A stretch of DNA of 64,000 bases, taken from contig CAWAAX010000004.1 of assembly GCA_963780225.1 (NCBI GenBank), forward strand, positions 32,001 through 96,000, read 5' to 3'. The notes under the pieces are model-generated. The model made no database searches. It saw nothing but the letters and a program-made list of their open reading frames with translations, and was not told where the DNA came from. Of the stretch, positions 19,870 to 30,099 are shown piece by piece. The stretch is from an uncultured bacterium. GTDB taxonomy: Bacteria > Edwardsbacteria > AC1 > EtOH8. A program made the position numbers and the translations under genes. Numbering within the stretch: position 1 is the stretch's first letter; every line of letters starts with the position of its first letter.

Positions 19870-20520
19870 ATGCGCATTACCATTTTCATATTCCTTTTGA
19901 TCGCGCTTTTGACTAACAGTCTTGCAGCTGGACCCATAGACATCGTCCGCCTGAAATACGGGGGCGGGGGTGACTGGTACAATGATCCCGAGGAGGAGAT
20001 CAATCTTCTCAAGGAATTCTCCGCCCGCACCGGGGTCAGCGTCAGGACAGAGAAGGTTTCGCTCTCGGCCGCCGATGACGACCTGTTCCTGCACCCCTTC
20101 CTGTTCATCACCGGGCACGGCGAGATAAAGTTCACGGCCCGCGAAGTGGAGCGGCTGAGGCTCTTTTTGGCCTCTGGCGGTTTCCTCTACGCCGATGACG
20201 ACTACGGGATGGACCAATCATTCCGCAGGGAGCTGAAGCGGGTGTTCCCGGAGGCCGAACTGCAGGAACTCCCGCCGGATAATCCTTTGTTCACCTGCTA
20301 CTACGATCTCTCCGCCGGCCTGCCCAAGATCCACGAGCACGAAAAGGGGCGGCCCCAGGCCTTCGGTCTTTTCTACCAGGGAAGGCTGGTGGTCTTTTAT
20401 ACTTTCAACACCAACATCTCCGACGGCTGGACCAACGACCACAACGACCCAGCCGAGAAAAGGGAAGAGGCGTTCAAGGCCGGCATCAATATATTGTGGT
20501 ATGCATTGACCAGACCGTGA
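19870..20520 (+). CDS. DUF4159-family exported protein
   Basis: RLKYGGGGDWY, PFLFITGHG, GGFLYADD, GLPKIHEH. Confidence 0.85.
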   Translation: MRITIFIFLLIALLTNSLAAGPIDIVRLKYGGGGDWYNDPEEEINLLKEFSARTGVSVRTEKVSLSAADDDLFLHPFLFITGHGEIKFTAREVERLRLFLASGGFLYADDDYGMDQSFRRELKRVFPEAELQELPPDNPLFTCYYDLSAGLPKIHEHEKGRPQAFGLFYQGRLVVFYTFNTNISDGWTNDHNDPAEKREEAFKAGINILWYALTRP

Positions 20521-20528
20521 AGTAAACA

Positions 20529-23500
20529 GTGACAAACAGTAACAACATAGGTACTGTAAAATCAGGACTGAAAAAGGCTGGTCAGAGATACAAAATATCT
20601 CTGCTCAGAAAACAGCTTTGGCTGGCAGCGCTCCTTTCCCTGGGCTGGGCGCTCCTGTGGCATTGCCTGGATGTGCTGCTGATCTTGCCTTCCGGCATCA
20701 GGTCTTTTGCGGCCCGGTCATCGCTGTCCCTGGCCGCAGCCGGTGTAATATATCTGCTCTATCACCTATTCAAACCGGTCTCCCCTAAAACAATCGCCGC
20801 CATGATCGAAGCCCGGGAACCAAGCTTGTGCCAGGAGTTGTCCACTGCCCTGCAGTGGGAGGATACTCAATTGTCCCTTGAAGGCTATTCCCCCGACCTG
20901 TTGCTGGCCTTGCAGGACAAAATGACAAAAGCGCTGGACCAGCTTGATTATAAGAAAATATTCCCCGGGCCGTCACAGAAGCTTAAGGGTACAACGCTGG
21001 CATTGTCTGCAACCTTGGTCCTGACCCTGCTGATCTGGCCGGGTTCCTGCAAGCTTACCTGGCAAAGGTTCCATGATCCTGACGGCATCTGCGGCGACTG
21101 GGACGGGGTCCAGATCAGCCCCGGTCATGCCCGGCTGGCCCGGGGGGAAAACTTTACGGCGGAGTTGTCTTTAGCTAACCCGGTTGGTTCGAGGTTTGAC
21201 CTGCTGATCCAGGAACACAACCAGTCTCAGAAAATAAAATTTCAGGATGCCGGCAGCGGCCGTTTGTTCGCCAGGATGGAGAATGTCAGCCAAGCCTTTA
21301 GCTACCGCATCATCCAGGACCGCAGACAGAGCGCAGTTTACATGGTTCAGGTCTACCAGCCCCTGACCCTGAGCGATCTCAGGCTGGAGATATCGCCCCC
21401 GGCCTACACCGGCATCCGGCCATATATTCAGGAGAACGACGGCAGCATCACCGCGCCCAGGGGAACCAAAGTATCTCTGACCGCCCGGGCCAGCCAGTCT
21501 TTGCAGGCAGCCGGGATGATCCACGACGACGGCCTGGTGGCAGAGGCCCAGGATATCAATGATAGTCTTGTTCAAGCTGAGTTTCAAGGTTCAAAAAGAT
21601 TCACGATATCATCTTTGGGCCAAAGGCGGAACCGGGGACACCCTGTTGCACGGCCTGGAATATGCCATCAGCGCGTTGGAGGACTTGCGGCCGACAGCTG
21701 AGATACTGGCCCCGGCCGATGACAGCCCCCTGCCCGAGGGAATGCCGGCGGATATCCAGCTCAGATTTTCCGATGATTACGGCTTGAGCCGGGCCGCCCT
21801 GCATATCCGGGACACTCAAAGCGATAAGGTCTACCAGCTGAAAATCGGTCCTGCCGTTTCCGACACCCAGATATTCTTCACCTGGAACAGTTCCGAGTCA
21901 TTCCTGCTGCCGGGCGATTCGGTGCTATACTGGGCCGAGGTCTGGGACAATGACGCCGTCAGCGGCCCCAAAAGCTCAAAGTCCAACATCCAGAAATTCC
22001 GGGTGCCCACCAAGGAAGAATTTTACAAGTCGGCGGCCCAGGCCGACTCGGCCTACCAGCAGAACCTGGACCAGGCCCAAAAGCAGAACCAGTCCTTGAA
22101 GCAGGAGATGGAGCGCTTAAGCCAGGCGGTAAAGGAGAACCGCAAGATGGACTGGCAGCAGAAGGCCGCGGTGGAGGAGGCCCTGAAGAAGCAGGAGGAG
22201 CTGGTCAGCCGGATGGAACAGACCGCCGAGCAGGCCCGCCAGGATGTGAAACAGCAGGCCCGTTCGGAAGCTCGGCACGATTCGATCTCAGGGCAAGCCC
22301 AGGGCTTTAAATTCGATCTCCAGACCGTGGAGAAACTGGCCGAGCTGAAAGAGCTGTTTGACCAGGTGGCCAGCGAGGAGATGCGCAAGTCGATGGAGCA
22401 GATGCAGCAGGCTTTGCAGAACATGGACCGGAAGCAGATAGAACAGGCTTTGGAGAATTTCAAACTGTCACAGGAGGAGTTCCAGCAAAAATTAGATGCG
22501 GCCATCGCCTCGCTTAAGGAACTTAAGCAGGAGCGGATGCTGTCCCTGCTCAAGCAGGAGGCAGACCGGATGGCGGCGGAGCAAAAGGCTCTCAAAGACA
22601 GCTTGGCTAAAAACCCCGACAAGGAAGCCTCAAACAATCTCAAACAAAGGCAGGAACAACTGGCCCGTGATCTGGAGACTTCACTGCAGCAGATGAGCGA
22701 ACTGGCCAAGCAGATGAACGAGGGGAACCGCGAGGCTTCCCAAAAAATGCAGCAGGCCATGCAGAAGGCTCAAGCACAGAAGACCTCCCAAAAGATGCGC
22801 CAGGCCGGACAGAAGATGGAATCCAAGCAGAACCGGGAAGCACAAGAGCTGCAGCAGGAAGCGTTGACCGACCTGACGGAGTTGTCGGCCGGACTGCAGA
22901 GCGCCAAGAACACCATGGGCTCCCAGCGCAGCAAGGCGGCCTCAAAAGCCATGCGGGACAAGGCCAAGGAACTGATAAAACTTTCCCAGCAGCAGGAACA
23001 GCTGAACCAGAGGATCCAAAACAGTTCGGACGACCCGGCCGAACTGGCCTGGAGACAGCAGGTATTGCAGAGGCAGGCTTCCCGGGTCAAACAGAAATTG
23101 GACGAACTGACCCGGAAGAACTTCTTGCTCTCGCCCCAGGCGGCCCAAGCATTGCAGGAGGCCGGCAAGCAGATGGAGAACTCCGCCCAGTCACTTTCCG
23201 AAGGCCGGGGCCAGCAGGCCGGGACCAGCGGCAAGTCGGCCCAGGGGCTTTTGAACCAGTCGGCCGCGGCCTTGATCCAGTCCTCCTCCAAAAGCGGCGG
23301 GTCCTCAGGGTCCGGCGACATGATGGGCGACCTGGAGGGCATGTCCGGGATGCAGCAGAACATCAACCAGGCCAGCCAGGGGCTGATGCCCATGCCCGCC
23401 GGGGCGGAAGGTGAGCAGGGCGGGATGTCCCAGGCCGCCCGCAGCCAGATGGCCCGGCTGGCCGCGGAACAGGAGGCGGTGCGCCAGGGGATGGAGGAAT

Positions 23501-23850
23501 TCAACCAGAAATACGGGGGCCGTCCCGACCAGGCCGGAAAGCTGGACGACCTGGTGCAGGAGATGGAGAAGGTGATCGACGACATGAAAAAAAATAAGTT
23601 CGACCGCCAGACCCAGGAACGGCAGGAGAAGATATTGGCCCGGATGCTTTCGGCCGGGCATTCATTAAAGGAGCAGGACACCTCGCCGCAAAGACAGGCC
23701 CAGCCGGGGGAAAACCTGGCGCCGGGCCGGCCGGCAAAGCCGAACCAGGGCGACCCGGCCTGGAAGAATCTGCCGGACTGGAGAAACCAGCCGTATCCGC
23801 TGGAGTATAGGGAATTGCTGGAGAAGTATTACGAGTCGCTGGGGCGGTGA
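20529..23850 (+). pseudogene. Large membrane-anchored coiled-coil protein (DUF4175-like), split by a 1-nt frameshift near 21582-21584
   Basis: PPAYTG motif in frame 1; L.PGD.V.YWAEVWDND..SGPK and Q/E-rich coils in frame 2; removing one T joins the frames. Confidence 0.75.
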
Positions 23851-23894
23851 CATATGTTCGCCACCAAGGCACAAAGACACAAAGAATAAATAAG

Positions 23895-25412
23895 ATGCCT
23901 CATAAAATCCATACAATAATTGTCTTGTTATTTATCACTGCGTTTGCCCAGGCCCAAAAACCTGACCAAAAGCTTTGGCAGGAGGCCGCGTCATTGGCCA
24001 AGGCCGGCCAGCATTCCGCCGCGTTGGGAAAATACCAGACAGCCTTAAAGCCGACCAAGGACCAAAACCTGTTCCGGCAGGCGGCCATCATCCTCCAACA
24101 GACCGGGGCCAAGGATGAGCACCTGAAACTCTATCTTTGGAGCCGTAAAACTCTGAAGAACAAAAAGGTCTTTGCCCGGGAACTGGCCGAGATCTATTCG
24201 GCCCAATTAAGCTACCCCCAGGCTTTGCCTGAATGGGCCGTCACTTTTGAAATCCTGCCCGATATCGCCCGGCTTAAGATAGAAGAGATCGCCCCGGTGT
24301 TTGGCTACCTGCCCACCGCCAAACTGCTGGAGGCTGCCGGTGAGTCCAAGAGCGACACCTGGCAGGCCCTGCTGTCCGGGCTTTACCTTAAAGGCACCGA
24401 TCTTAAGCGGGCCTGGGACCGCTGCAAAAAGATAAAAGACAAAAATGTTTCTGGGACGATCCTAGGGCGGCTACTCAATTCCCTCGGCCTTTCCTCCGGC
24501 CTGGCCATTGATATCGTAACGGAATACATCTCCCAGGATCCCCCGGACAAAAATTACTGGCAACACCGTCTGGCCGGACTGCTGACAGAGAACAACCAAA
24601 CCGGCAAGGCCGAACAGGTCTACCGCAACATGAATGACGGCCGGGCCGGGCTGGAACTGTCCCGTCTATTATTGGAGCAAAGCCATAAGCCGGGCGAAGC
24701 GCTGGAGATCATTAAAAACAAGCAAAGATCTTGGCCCGATTCCCTGCGAACAGAAAGCCAGTTCCTGAAAGCCCGGTGCTTCATCGCCCTGGACCTGCCC
24801 GACAGCGCCAAGTCGGTCTACTCTGCCCTCAGCGATTCCGCCAAGCCCCTGAAGGTGCGCCAGCCGGCCCTTTTCCAGTCCGGGGAGCAGTCCCTGATGA
24901 ACGGAGATTTTGACGGAGCCCTGGCCTTTTACCGGCAGGCATCCCTGCTGGGGTCGGACAACGACGTGGTCAACGATGCCCTGTCACGATTACTCTTGAT
25001 TAGTGACCATAAAACTGATAAAATAAATCTTTTACAGGAATGGGCCAAGGGGTTCAAACTCCAGAACCAGTACAAGTATCCCCAGGCGGAGATATTCTAT
25101 AAACAGGTGATCCAAAGCGACACTTTTGGCCAGCTATCCGACCTGTCCCTTTACGGTTTGGCGGAGATGTCTATAAGCGCCCGGGACCATAAAAAAGCAG
25201 TCGAATACTGGGGCAGGCTGTTCAGCACCTCCAAAGACTCCTCGCTGGCGGCCGAGGCCTGCTACCAGAGGGGCCTACTGTTAAGGGACAGATTGTCTGA
25301 TCCCAGGGAAGCGCTAAAGTGCTGGGAGGAGGGGGTCATAAAATATCCGGCCACTTCCTGGGCCGAGCTGATGCGCGAGGAACTGGGACGGGGCAAGGGG
25401 GCCAAGCACTAA
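23895..25412 (+). CDS. Exported tetratricopeptide-repeat protein
   Basis: Signal peptide; TPR-like helices; C-terminal YPATSWA. Confidence 0.78.
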   Translation: MPHKIHTIIVLLFITAFAQAQKPDQKLWQEAASLAKAGQHSAALGKYQTALKPTKDQNLFRQAAIILQQTGAKDEHLKLYLWSRKTLKNKKVFARELAEIYSAQLSYPQALPEWAVTFEILPDIARLKIEEIAPVFGYLPTAKLLEAAGESKSDTWQALLSGLYLKGTDLKRAWDRCKKIKDKNVSGTILGRLLNSLGLSSGLAIDIVTEYISQDPPDKNYWQHRLAGLLTENNQTGKAEQVYRNMNDGRAGLELSRLLLEQSHKPGEALEIIKNKQRSWPDSLRTESQFLKARCFIALDLPDSAKSVYSALSDSAKPLKVRQPALFQSGEQSLMNGDFDGALAFYRQASLLGSDNDVVNDALSRLLLISDHKTDKINLLQEWAKGFKLQNQYKYPQAEIFYKQVIQSDTFGQLSDLSLYGLAEMSISARDHKKAVEYWGRLFSTSKDSSLAAEACYQRGLLLRDRLSDPREALKCWEEGVIKYPATSWAELMREELGRGKGAKH

Positions 25413-25486
25413 ATGCACATTTCAAAATTCAAAGTGCAAAACTTAAAATACCAGGCTTTACTACTTTACTACTTTACTACTTTGTA
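25412..25486 (+). repeat. Short-period (7-nt) tandem repeats
   Basis: TTCAAAA TTCAAAG TGCAAAA CTTAAAA; repeated CTTTACTA-type units. Confidence 0.7.
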
Positions 25487-25526
25487 CATTAATACTTTTT
25501 AAAATATAAAAAATTAAGGAACCATC

Positions 25527-26933
25527 ATGGCCAAAGAGCACAAGCTTTTAATGGATCCCAAGTCGATCTGGGAAACAGCCAAGGAAAGCGACAAGAAAAA
25601 TTTCTTTGCCCTGGCTAAGGACTATTCAGTATTTTTGGACGAAGGCCGGACCGAACGGCTGGCGGTGGAGTTTTTGACCAAGCTGGCCCAAAAGCACGGG
25701 TTCGTCCCGCTGGAGAAGCAGAAAAAATGGCAGGCCGGGGCCAAGGTCTACAGCCTCAACCAGAACAAGAACATTGTGCTGGCGGTGCTGGGCAAAAAGC
25801 CCCTGGAGCAGGGCGCCAACCTGATCGCCTCGCACCTGGACGCCCCCCGGGTGGACCTGAAGCAGAACCCGCTCTACCAGGATGATGAACTGCAGATGGC
25901 CCTGCTGCGGACCCACTATTACGGCGGGGTCAAGAAATACCAGTGGGTCAACGTTCCGCTGGGGCTGTTCGGCCGGGTGGTGCGCCGGGACGGTACTTAC
26001 GTGGACGTCGCCCTGGGCAGAGACCCGGAAGATCCCTGCCTGGTGATCCCCGACATCCTGCCCCACCTCAACAAGAAGGACCAATCCGAGCGCAAGGCCG
26101 GCGAGGTGATCAAGGGCGAGGAGATGCTGTTGATCTGCGGTGGGATCCCGGTGGCCGATAAAGATGTCAAGCAACGGGTCAAGGCCGCGGTGATGGAGCA
26201 CCTGCACCGGTTGTACAAAATGGAGGAAGAGGATTTCGTCAGCGCCGAGCTGGAGGCCGTGCCGCTGACCCCGGCCCGGTTCGTGGGCTTCGACAAAAGC
26301 TTTCTGGGCGGCTACGGCCAGGACGACAAGGTCTGCTCCTATACCTCGGTCCGGGCCATCTTCGACATCAAAATTCCGGAGCGGACCGCGGTGGCCATCT
26401 GCGTGGATAAGGAGGAGATCGGCTCCGAGGGCAACACCGGGATGCAGTCCAACTTCATCATCAACTTCCTGGGCGACCTGATGGCCCTGGCCGAACCGAA
26501 GTATTCCGAAAGCAGCCTGCGCAAGTGTCTGGCCAATAGTTTTGCCCTGTCGGCCGATGTCAACGCCGCAGTGGAACCGAACTTCAAGGGTGTGCACGAG
26601 ATGTCCAATGCCTGCCGGGCCGGTTTCGGCGTGGCCATCACCAAATACACCGGACACGGCGGCAAGGGCGGGGCTAACGATGCCAACGCCGAGTTCGTGG
26701 GATACGTTCGCAAGATATTCAACCAGGCCGGGGTGCCCTGGCAGGCGGCGGCCATGGGCAAAGTGGACGAGGGCGGCGGCGGAACGGTGGCCAAGTACCT
26801 GGCCAAGCATGGCATGAACGTGCTGGACTGCGGCCCGGGGCTTTTATCCATGCACTCGCCGTTCGAGCTGGTCTCAGTGGCCGACCTGTATGCCTCGTAT
26901 CTGGGGTATAAGGCGTTTCTGGTGGCTGGCTGA
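25527..26933 (+). CDS. M18-family aminopeptidase
   Basis: SHLDAPR, HYYGGVKKYQW, GQDDKVC, DKEEIGS, GGGTVA, SMHSP. Confidence 0.92.
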   Translation: MAKEHKLLMDPKSIWETAKESDKKNFFALAKDYSVFLDEGRTERLAVEFLTKLAQKHGFVPLEKQKKWQAGAKVYSLNQNKNIVLAVLGKKPLEQGANLIASHLDAPRVDLKQNPLYQDDELQMALLRTHYYGGVKKYQWVNVPLGLFGRVVRRDGTYVDVALGRDPEDPCLVIPDILPHLNKKDQSERKAGEVIKGEEMLLICGGIPVADKDVKQRVKAAVMEHLHRLYKMEEEDFVSAELEAVPLTPARFVGFDKSFLGGYGQDDKVCSYTSVRAIFDIKIPERTAVAICVDKEEIGSEGNTGMQSNFIINFLGDLMALAEPKYSESSLRKCLANSFALSADVNAAVEPNFKGVHEMSNACRAGFGVAITKYTGHGGKGGANDANAEFVGYVRKIFNQAGVPWQAAAMGKVDEGGGGTVAKYLAKHGMNVLDCGPGLLSMHSPFELVSVADLYASYLGYKAFLVAG

Positions 26934-27103
26934 AAGGGTATATTTCATACAAAAAAGCTGCAGCAGCCCGCCCAAAATTCCCTTGAATCCCCGTTCCATT
27001 TAGGCTATAATTAAAGGTCAGGGTCTTTAGGAACTTACAACCCTGACCTTAGTCATTTTACCAAAAATCCAAGCACAAATAAGCAGCAGGGAGAAAAATT
27101 CTT

Positions 27104-28918
27104 ATGGTCATGCAAATGATGCGCCGCAAAATGAAGGTCATCATGTGGGTGGTAGTGGTCACCTTCGTGGTGGGGTTCGTCTATGTCATCATGGGCACCG
27201 GCGGCAGTCTGGGAAAAAGACAGGACAAACTGGCCCGGGGCATAGCCGGCGAAGTCGGCGGACAGGAGATATCCACCCGCCAGTATCAGGAAGCCCTGAG
27301 CCGCAGCCGGGAACAGTACCGGGCCCGGTTCGGAGCCGATCCCGACGAGGCCACCTTCCGCCAGATGGAGCAGGAGGCTTGGCAGGGGCTTTTGGGATCG
27401 ATGATCATGCAAAAGGCTTACCGCCAGTATGGAATCAGGATTTACGACGATGAGATCGTTGGCATCATCAAGAACCGGCCGCCCAACGAGCTGATGCAGG
27501 ATCCCCAGCTTTTGACCAACGGCCAGTTCGATATGCAAAAATACCAGTCCATTATTTCCAATCCCCAAAACCTGGCTTGGCTGGTGAATTACGAGAACCA
27601 GCTGAGGGAACAACTGCCCCAGCAAAAGCTGAATCTGCAGGTGCTGGCCGGGGTGCGGGTGACCGACCAGGAGATAATCAAAGCCTTCCAGGATCAGAAC
27701 GAAAAGGTCAAGGCCAGCTTCATCGCAGTTGATCCGGGCAAGTACTTAAATGCTCAGGAAGAGGTAGCCTCAACTGAGATAGCAGCCTATTACAAATCGC
27801 ATCAAGACGAATTCCAGGCTCCGGAGCGGGTAAAGATGACCTTCGTATCCCTGCCCAAAGAGCCTACCGAGAGAGATTTGGCCGAACTCAAACTTAAGAT
27901 AGATGACGTCTATGCCCAGGCGGTCAAGCCCGGCGCCAATTTTGACACCCTGGCCATGGAGTACTCCGAGGATCAGGGTTCGGCTATCAACGGCGGCGAC
28001 CTGGGTTTCTTTGAAAAAGAGACCATGGACCCGGCCTTTGCCGAGGTGGCCTTCAAGCTTTTGCCCAAGCAGATATCCAAGCCATTCCAGATCAGTTTTG
28101 GCTGGCACATCGTCAAGGTGGAGGAAAGAAAGACCGAAGCCGGAAAGCTAAAAGTCCGGGCCCGTCATATCCTGCTACGTAAGCAACCGGGCGAGGAGAC
28201 CCTGTCCCAGCTGCGCGCCAAGGCCGAGTCCTTTGCGGAACGGGCAAAAACCGAGGAGTTTGAAAAGGCGGCCCAAGCAGAAGGCTTGCAGGCCACGCCC
28301 ACCGGCTTTCTGCCCCGGGGCTCCTTTATTCCCGGGCTGGGTTCCTTTCCCGAGGTTTTAAATTTTGCCTTTGACGAAAAGGCCGGGACGGTAAGCCATG
28401 TGATGGAGAACGAAGGGGCGCTGGTGGTGGTTCGGGTGCTGGAGAAGCGCAAGCAAGGGGTTCAGCCTTTGGCCGACGTGGAACAGCGCATCAAGATGAC
28501 CATCATCAGGGAACGGGCCATGGACCAGGCCAAGGCCCTGGCTCAGCAGATAAAATCAGCCATCGAGGCCGGGCAGACCATGCCGCAGGCGGCGGCTGCC
28601 GCCGGTGCCAGGTTCGACACCACCGCCCTGATAACCCGCGATGATATGGTGCCGGGAGTGGGCACCCGCAATGAATTCTCCGGCGCGGCTTTTAACCAGC
28701 CTTTGGGAATTGTCGGCAGTCCGGTGGCCACCGAATACGGGGTCTATCTGATAAAGGTGGAAAAGCACATAGTCCCCGACCAGGCTCTATTGGGACAGCA
28801 GGCGCCCCAGATCGCCCAGCAGCTTCTGCAAACTAAGCAGCGCCAAGCCATGCAGCAGTGGTATAACTATTTCCAGAGTGGGCTGAAGGTGCGGGATTAC
28901 CGGGTTTCGGGGATGTAA
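27104..28918 (+). CDS. SurA-N/parvulin peptidyl-prolyl isomerase (PpiD-like)
   Basis: N-terminal TM anchor (MMQMMRRKMK..), YSEDQGSAINGGDLGFF, FGWHIVKV, ARHILL. Confidence 0.88.
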   Translation: MVMQMMRRKMKVIMWVVVVTFVVGFVYVIMGTGGSLGKRQDKLARGIAGEVGGQEISTRQYQEALSRSREQYRARFGADPDEATFRQMEQEAWQGLLGSMIMQKAYRQYGIRIYDDEIVGIIKNRPPNELMQDPQLLTNGQFDMQKYQSIISNPQNLAWLVNYENQLREQLPQQKLNLQVLAGVRVTDQEIIKAFQDQNEKVKASFIAVDPGKYLNAQEEVASTEIAAYYKSHQDEFQAPERVKMTFVSLPKEPTERDLAELKLKIDDVYAQAVKPGANFDTLAMEYSEDQGSAINGGDLGFFEKETMDPAFAEVAFKLLPKQISKPFQISFGWHIVKVEERKTEAGKLKVRARHILLRKQPGEETLSQLRAKAESFAERAKTEEFEKAAQAEGLQATPTGFLPRGSFIPGLGSFPEVLNFAFDEKAGTVSHVMENEGALVVVRVLEKRKQGVQPLADVEQRIKMTIIRERAMDQAKALAQQIKSAIEAGQTMPQAAAAAGARFDTTALITRDDMVPGVGTRNEFSGAAFNQPLGIVGSPVATEYGVYLIKVEKHIVPDQALLGQQAPQIAQQLLQTKQRQAMQQWYNYFQSGLKVRDYRVSGM

Positions 28919-28936
28919 CCTCCGGTATCTGTAAAT

Positions 28937-29010
28937 AAAAAACCGCCCCGCAATCCTCCTGTTTCCCGCCTTGGCGGGACACAGGAGGACAAGTCTACGG
29001 GGCGGTTTTT
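28937..29010 (+). terminator. Terminator with nested palindromes in its loop
   Basis: AAAAACCGCCCCG...CGGGGCGGTTTTT enclosing TCCTCCTGT..TCCCGCCTTGGCGGGA..ACAGGAGGA. Confidence 0.75.
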
Positions 29011-29127
29011 CTGTCTATAGTAACCAGAACGAATGATTGACGGCATAATGACGGAAGGGAACCAAATTGTAACTGTTCAGGCCACGGGGAAATAACATCT
29101 ATATTTTAGGCTAATGCTTCTATTTTC

Positions 29128-29321
29128 ATTGCCACGAGCGTTAGCTCGTGGTTGAAGTATCAAAAACAATCTCTTGGGGTTTAAACCCCGCTTGTCCGCC
29201 TGCGGCGGAGATGGCGAATTCATCTTCTGATACCTGCAAAGTAATCACTTTAATTCCCTCTTTGGGGCTAAAGCCCCCGGTTTTACATGATTGCTTGCCA
29301 CGACCTAAAGGTCGTGGCAAT
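29128..29321. repeat. Composite REP/IS200-end-like palindromic element, copy 1
   Basis: GCCACGAGCGTTAGCTCGTGG ... GGGGTTTAAACCCC ... GGGGCTAAAGCCCC ... GCCACGACCTAAAGGTCGTGGCAAT. Confidence 0.8.
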
Positions 29322-29650
29322 GCTTGCACTGAGCGGCCCGACTGAGCTGTTAGACTGAGTTTATCGAAGCCCTGCCGATGTCCGCCGGGCTGTGTTGCTA
29401 GCCTGAGCTGTTGTCGAATCCTTATTGAAGCCAAGGTCGAAGTGCGGTTGCTCCCCGTTGGATATCTTAATCCTACGGGGTTGACAGGCGCATCATTTAC
29501 ACTCAAGGCCTGAACAGGTACACCAAATTTTTTTTTATAATGAAGTCAGGAAAGTAGGGATTAATCAGAGTTTTCGCCGGCCAGTATTCATAGTTCGGTA
29601 TACTCACTACAAGGGGTTTCATGGTTTCATGATAAAAAGCCAGTAAAAGT

Positions 29651-29677
29651 AAAAAAGCCAGACCTTCGTCTGGCTTT
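29651..29677 (-). terminator. Terminator after tRNA-Met pair
   Basis: Minus strand AAAGCCAGAC-GAAG-GTCTGGCTTTTTT. Confidence 0.8.
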
Positions 29678-29685
29678 GAATATTC

Positions 29686-29762
29686 TGGTAGCGGCTCAGG
29701 GATTTGAACCCCGGACACGCGGATTATGATTCCGCTGCTCTAACCAACTGAGCTAAGCCGCC
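29686..29762 (-). tRNA. tRNA-Met (CAT), probably elongator
   Basis: GGCGGCTTAGCTCAGTTGGTTAGAGCA, GCGGA-ATCATAA-TCCGC, GGTTCAAATCC, ACCA; Ile2 not fully excluded. Confidence 0.92.
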
Positions 29763-29880
29763 ACTTTATGAAGGCCCTAAGGTCATGGTTTTCAGCTTTT
29801 AGTCCTTTGCTTTCAGTTCAAAGCAAAAGCCCAAGTAAATCTGCTTGGGCCGATGGCCTCGTCCCTAAGGCCCAATATAA

Positions 29881-29957
<77 letters not shown>

Positions 29958-29981
29958 ACGTATTTCCATAGGTAATTTATA

Positions 29982-30069
29982 ATAATACCAAACTTTGGGG
30001 CCGGTGTCAAGGTATTTCTGTCCCCCGTCTTTTTTAAAGCTTGACAAAAACCTGACTGGTATTTATAAT
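29982..30069. promoter_or_regulatory. Divergent sigma70 promoters (tRNA operon / HAMP gene)
   Basis: Minus TTGACA(30010-30005)-17-TATTAT; plus TTGACA(30041)-17-TATAAT(30064). Confidence 0.8.
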
Positions 30070-30099
30070 GAAACATATATTTAAACTGCAGGAGTCCCT

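Noticed and set aside
29141..29718. Short ORFs in repeat- and tRNA-rich intergenic DNA (also 31123-31635, 40858-41475, 17400-17837)
   Set aside because: They are translations of palindromic repeats or tRNAs with no protein motifs.
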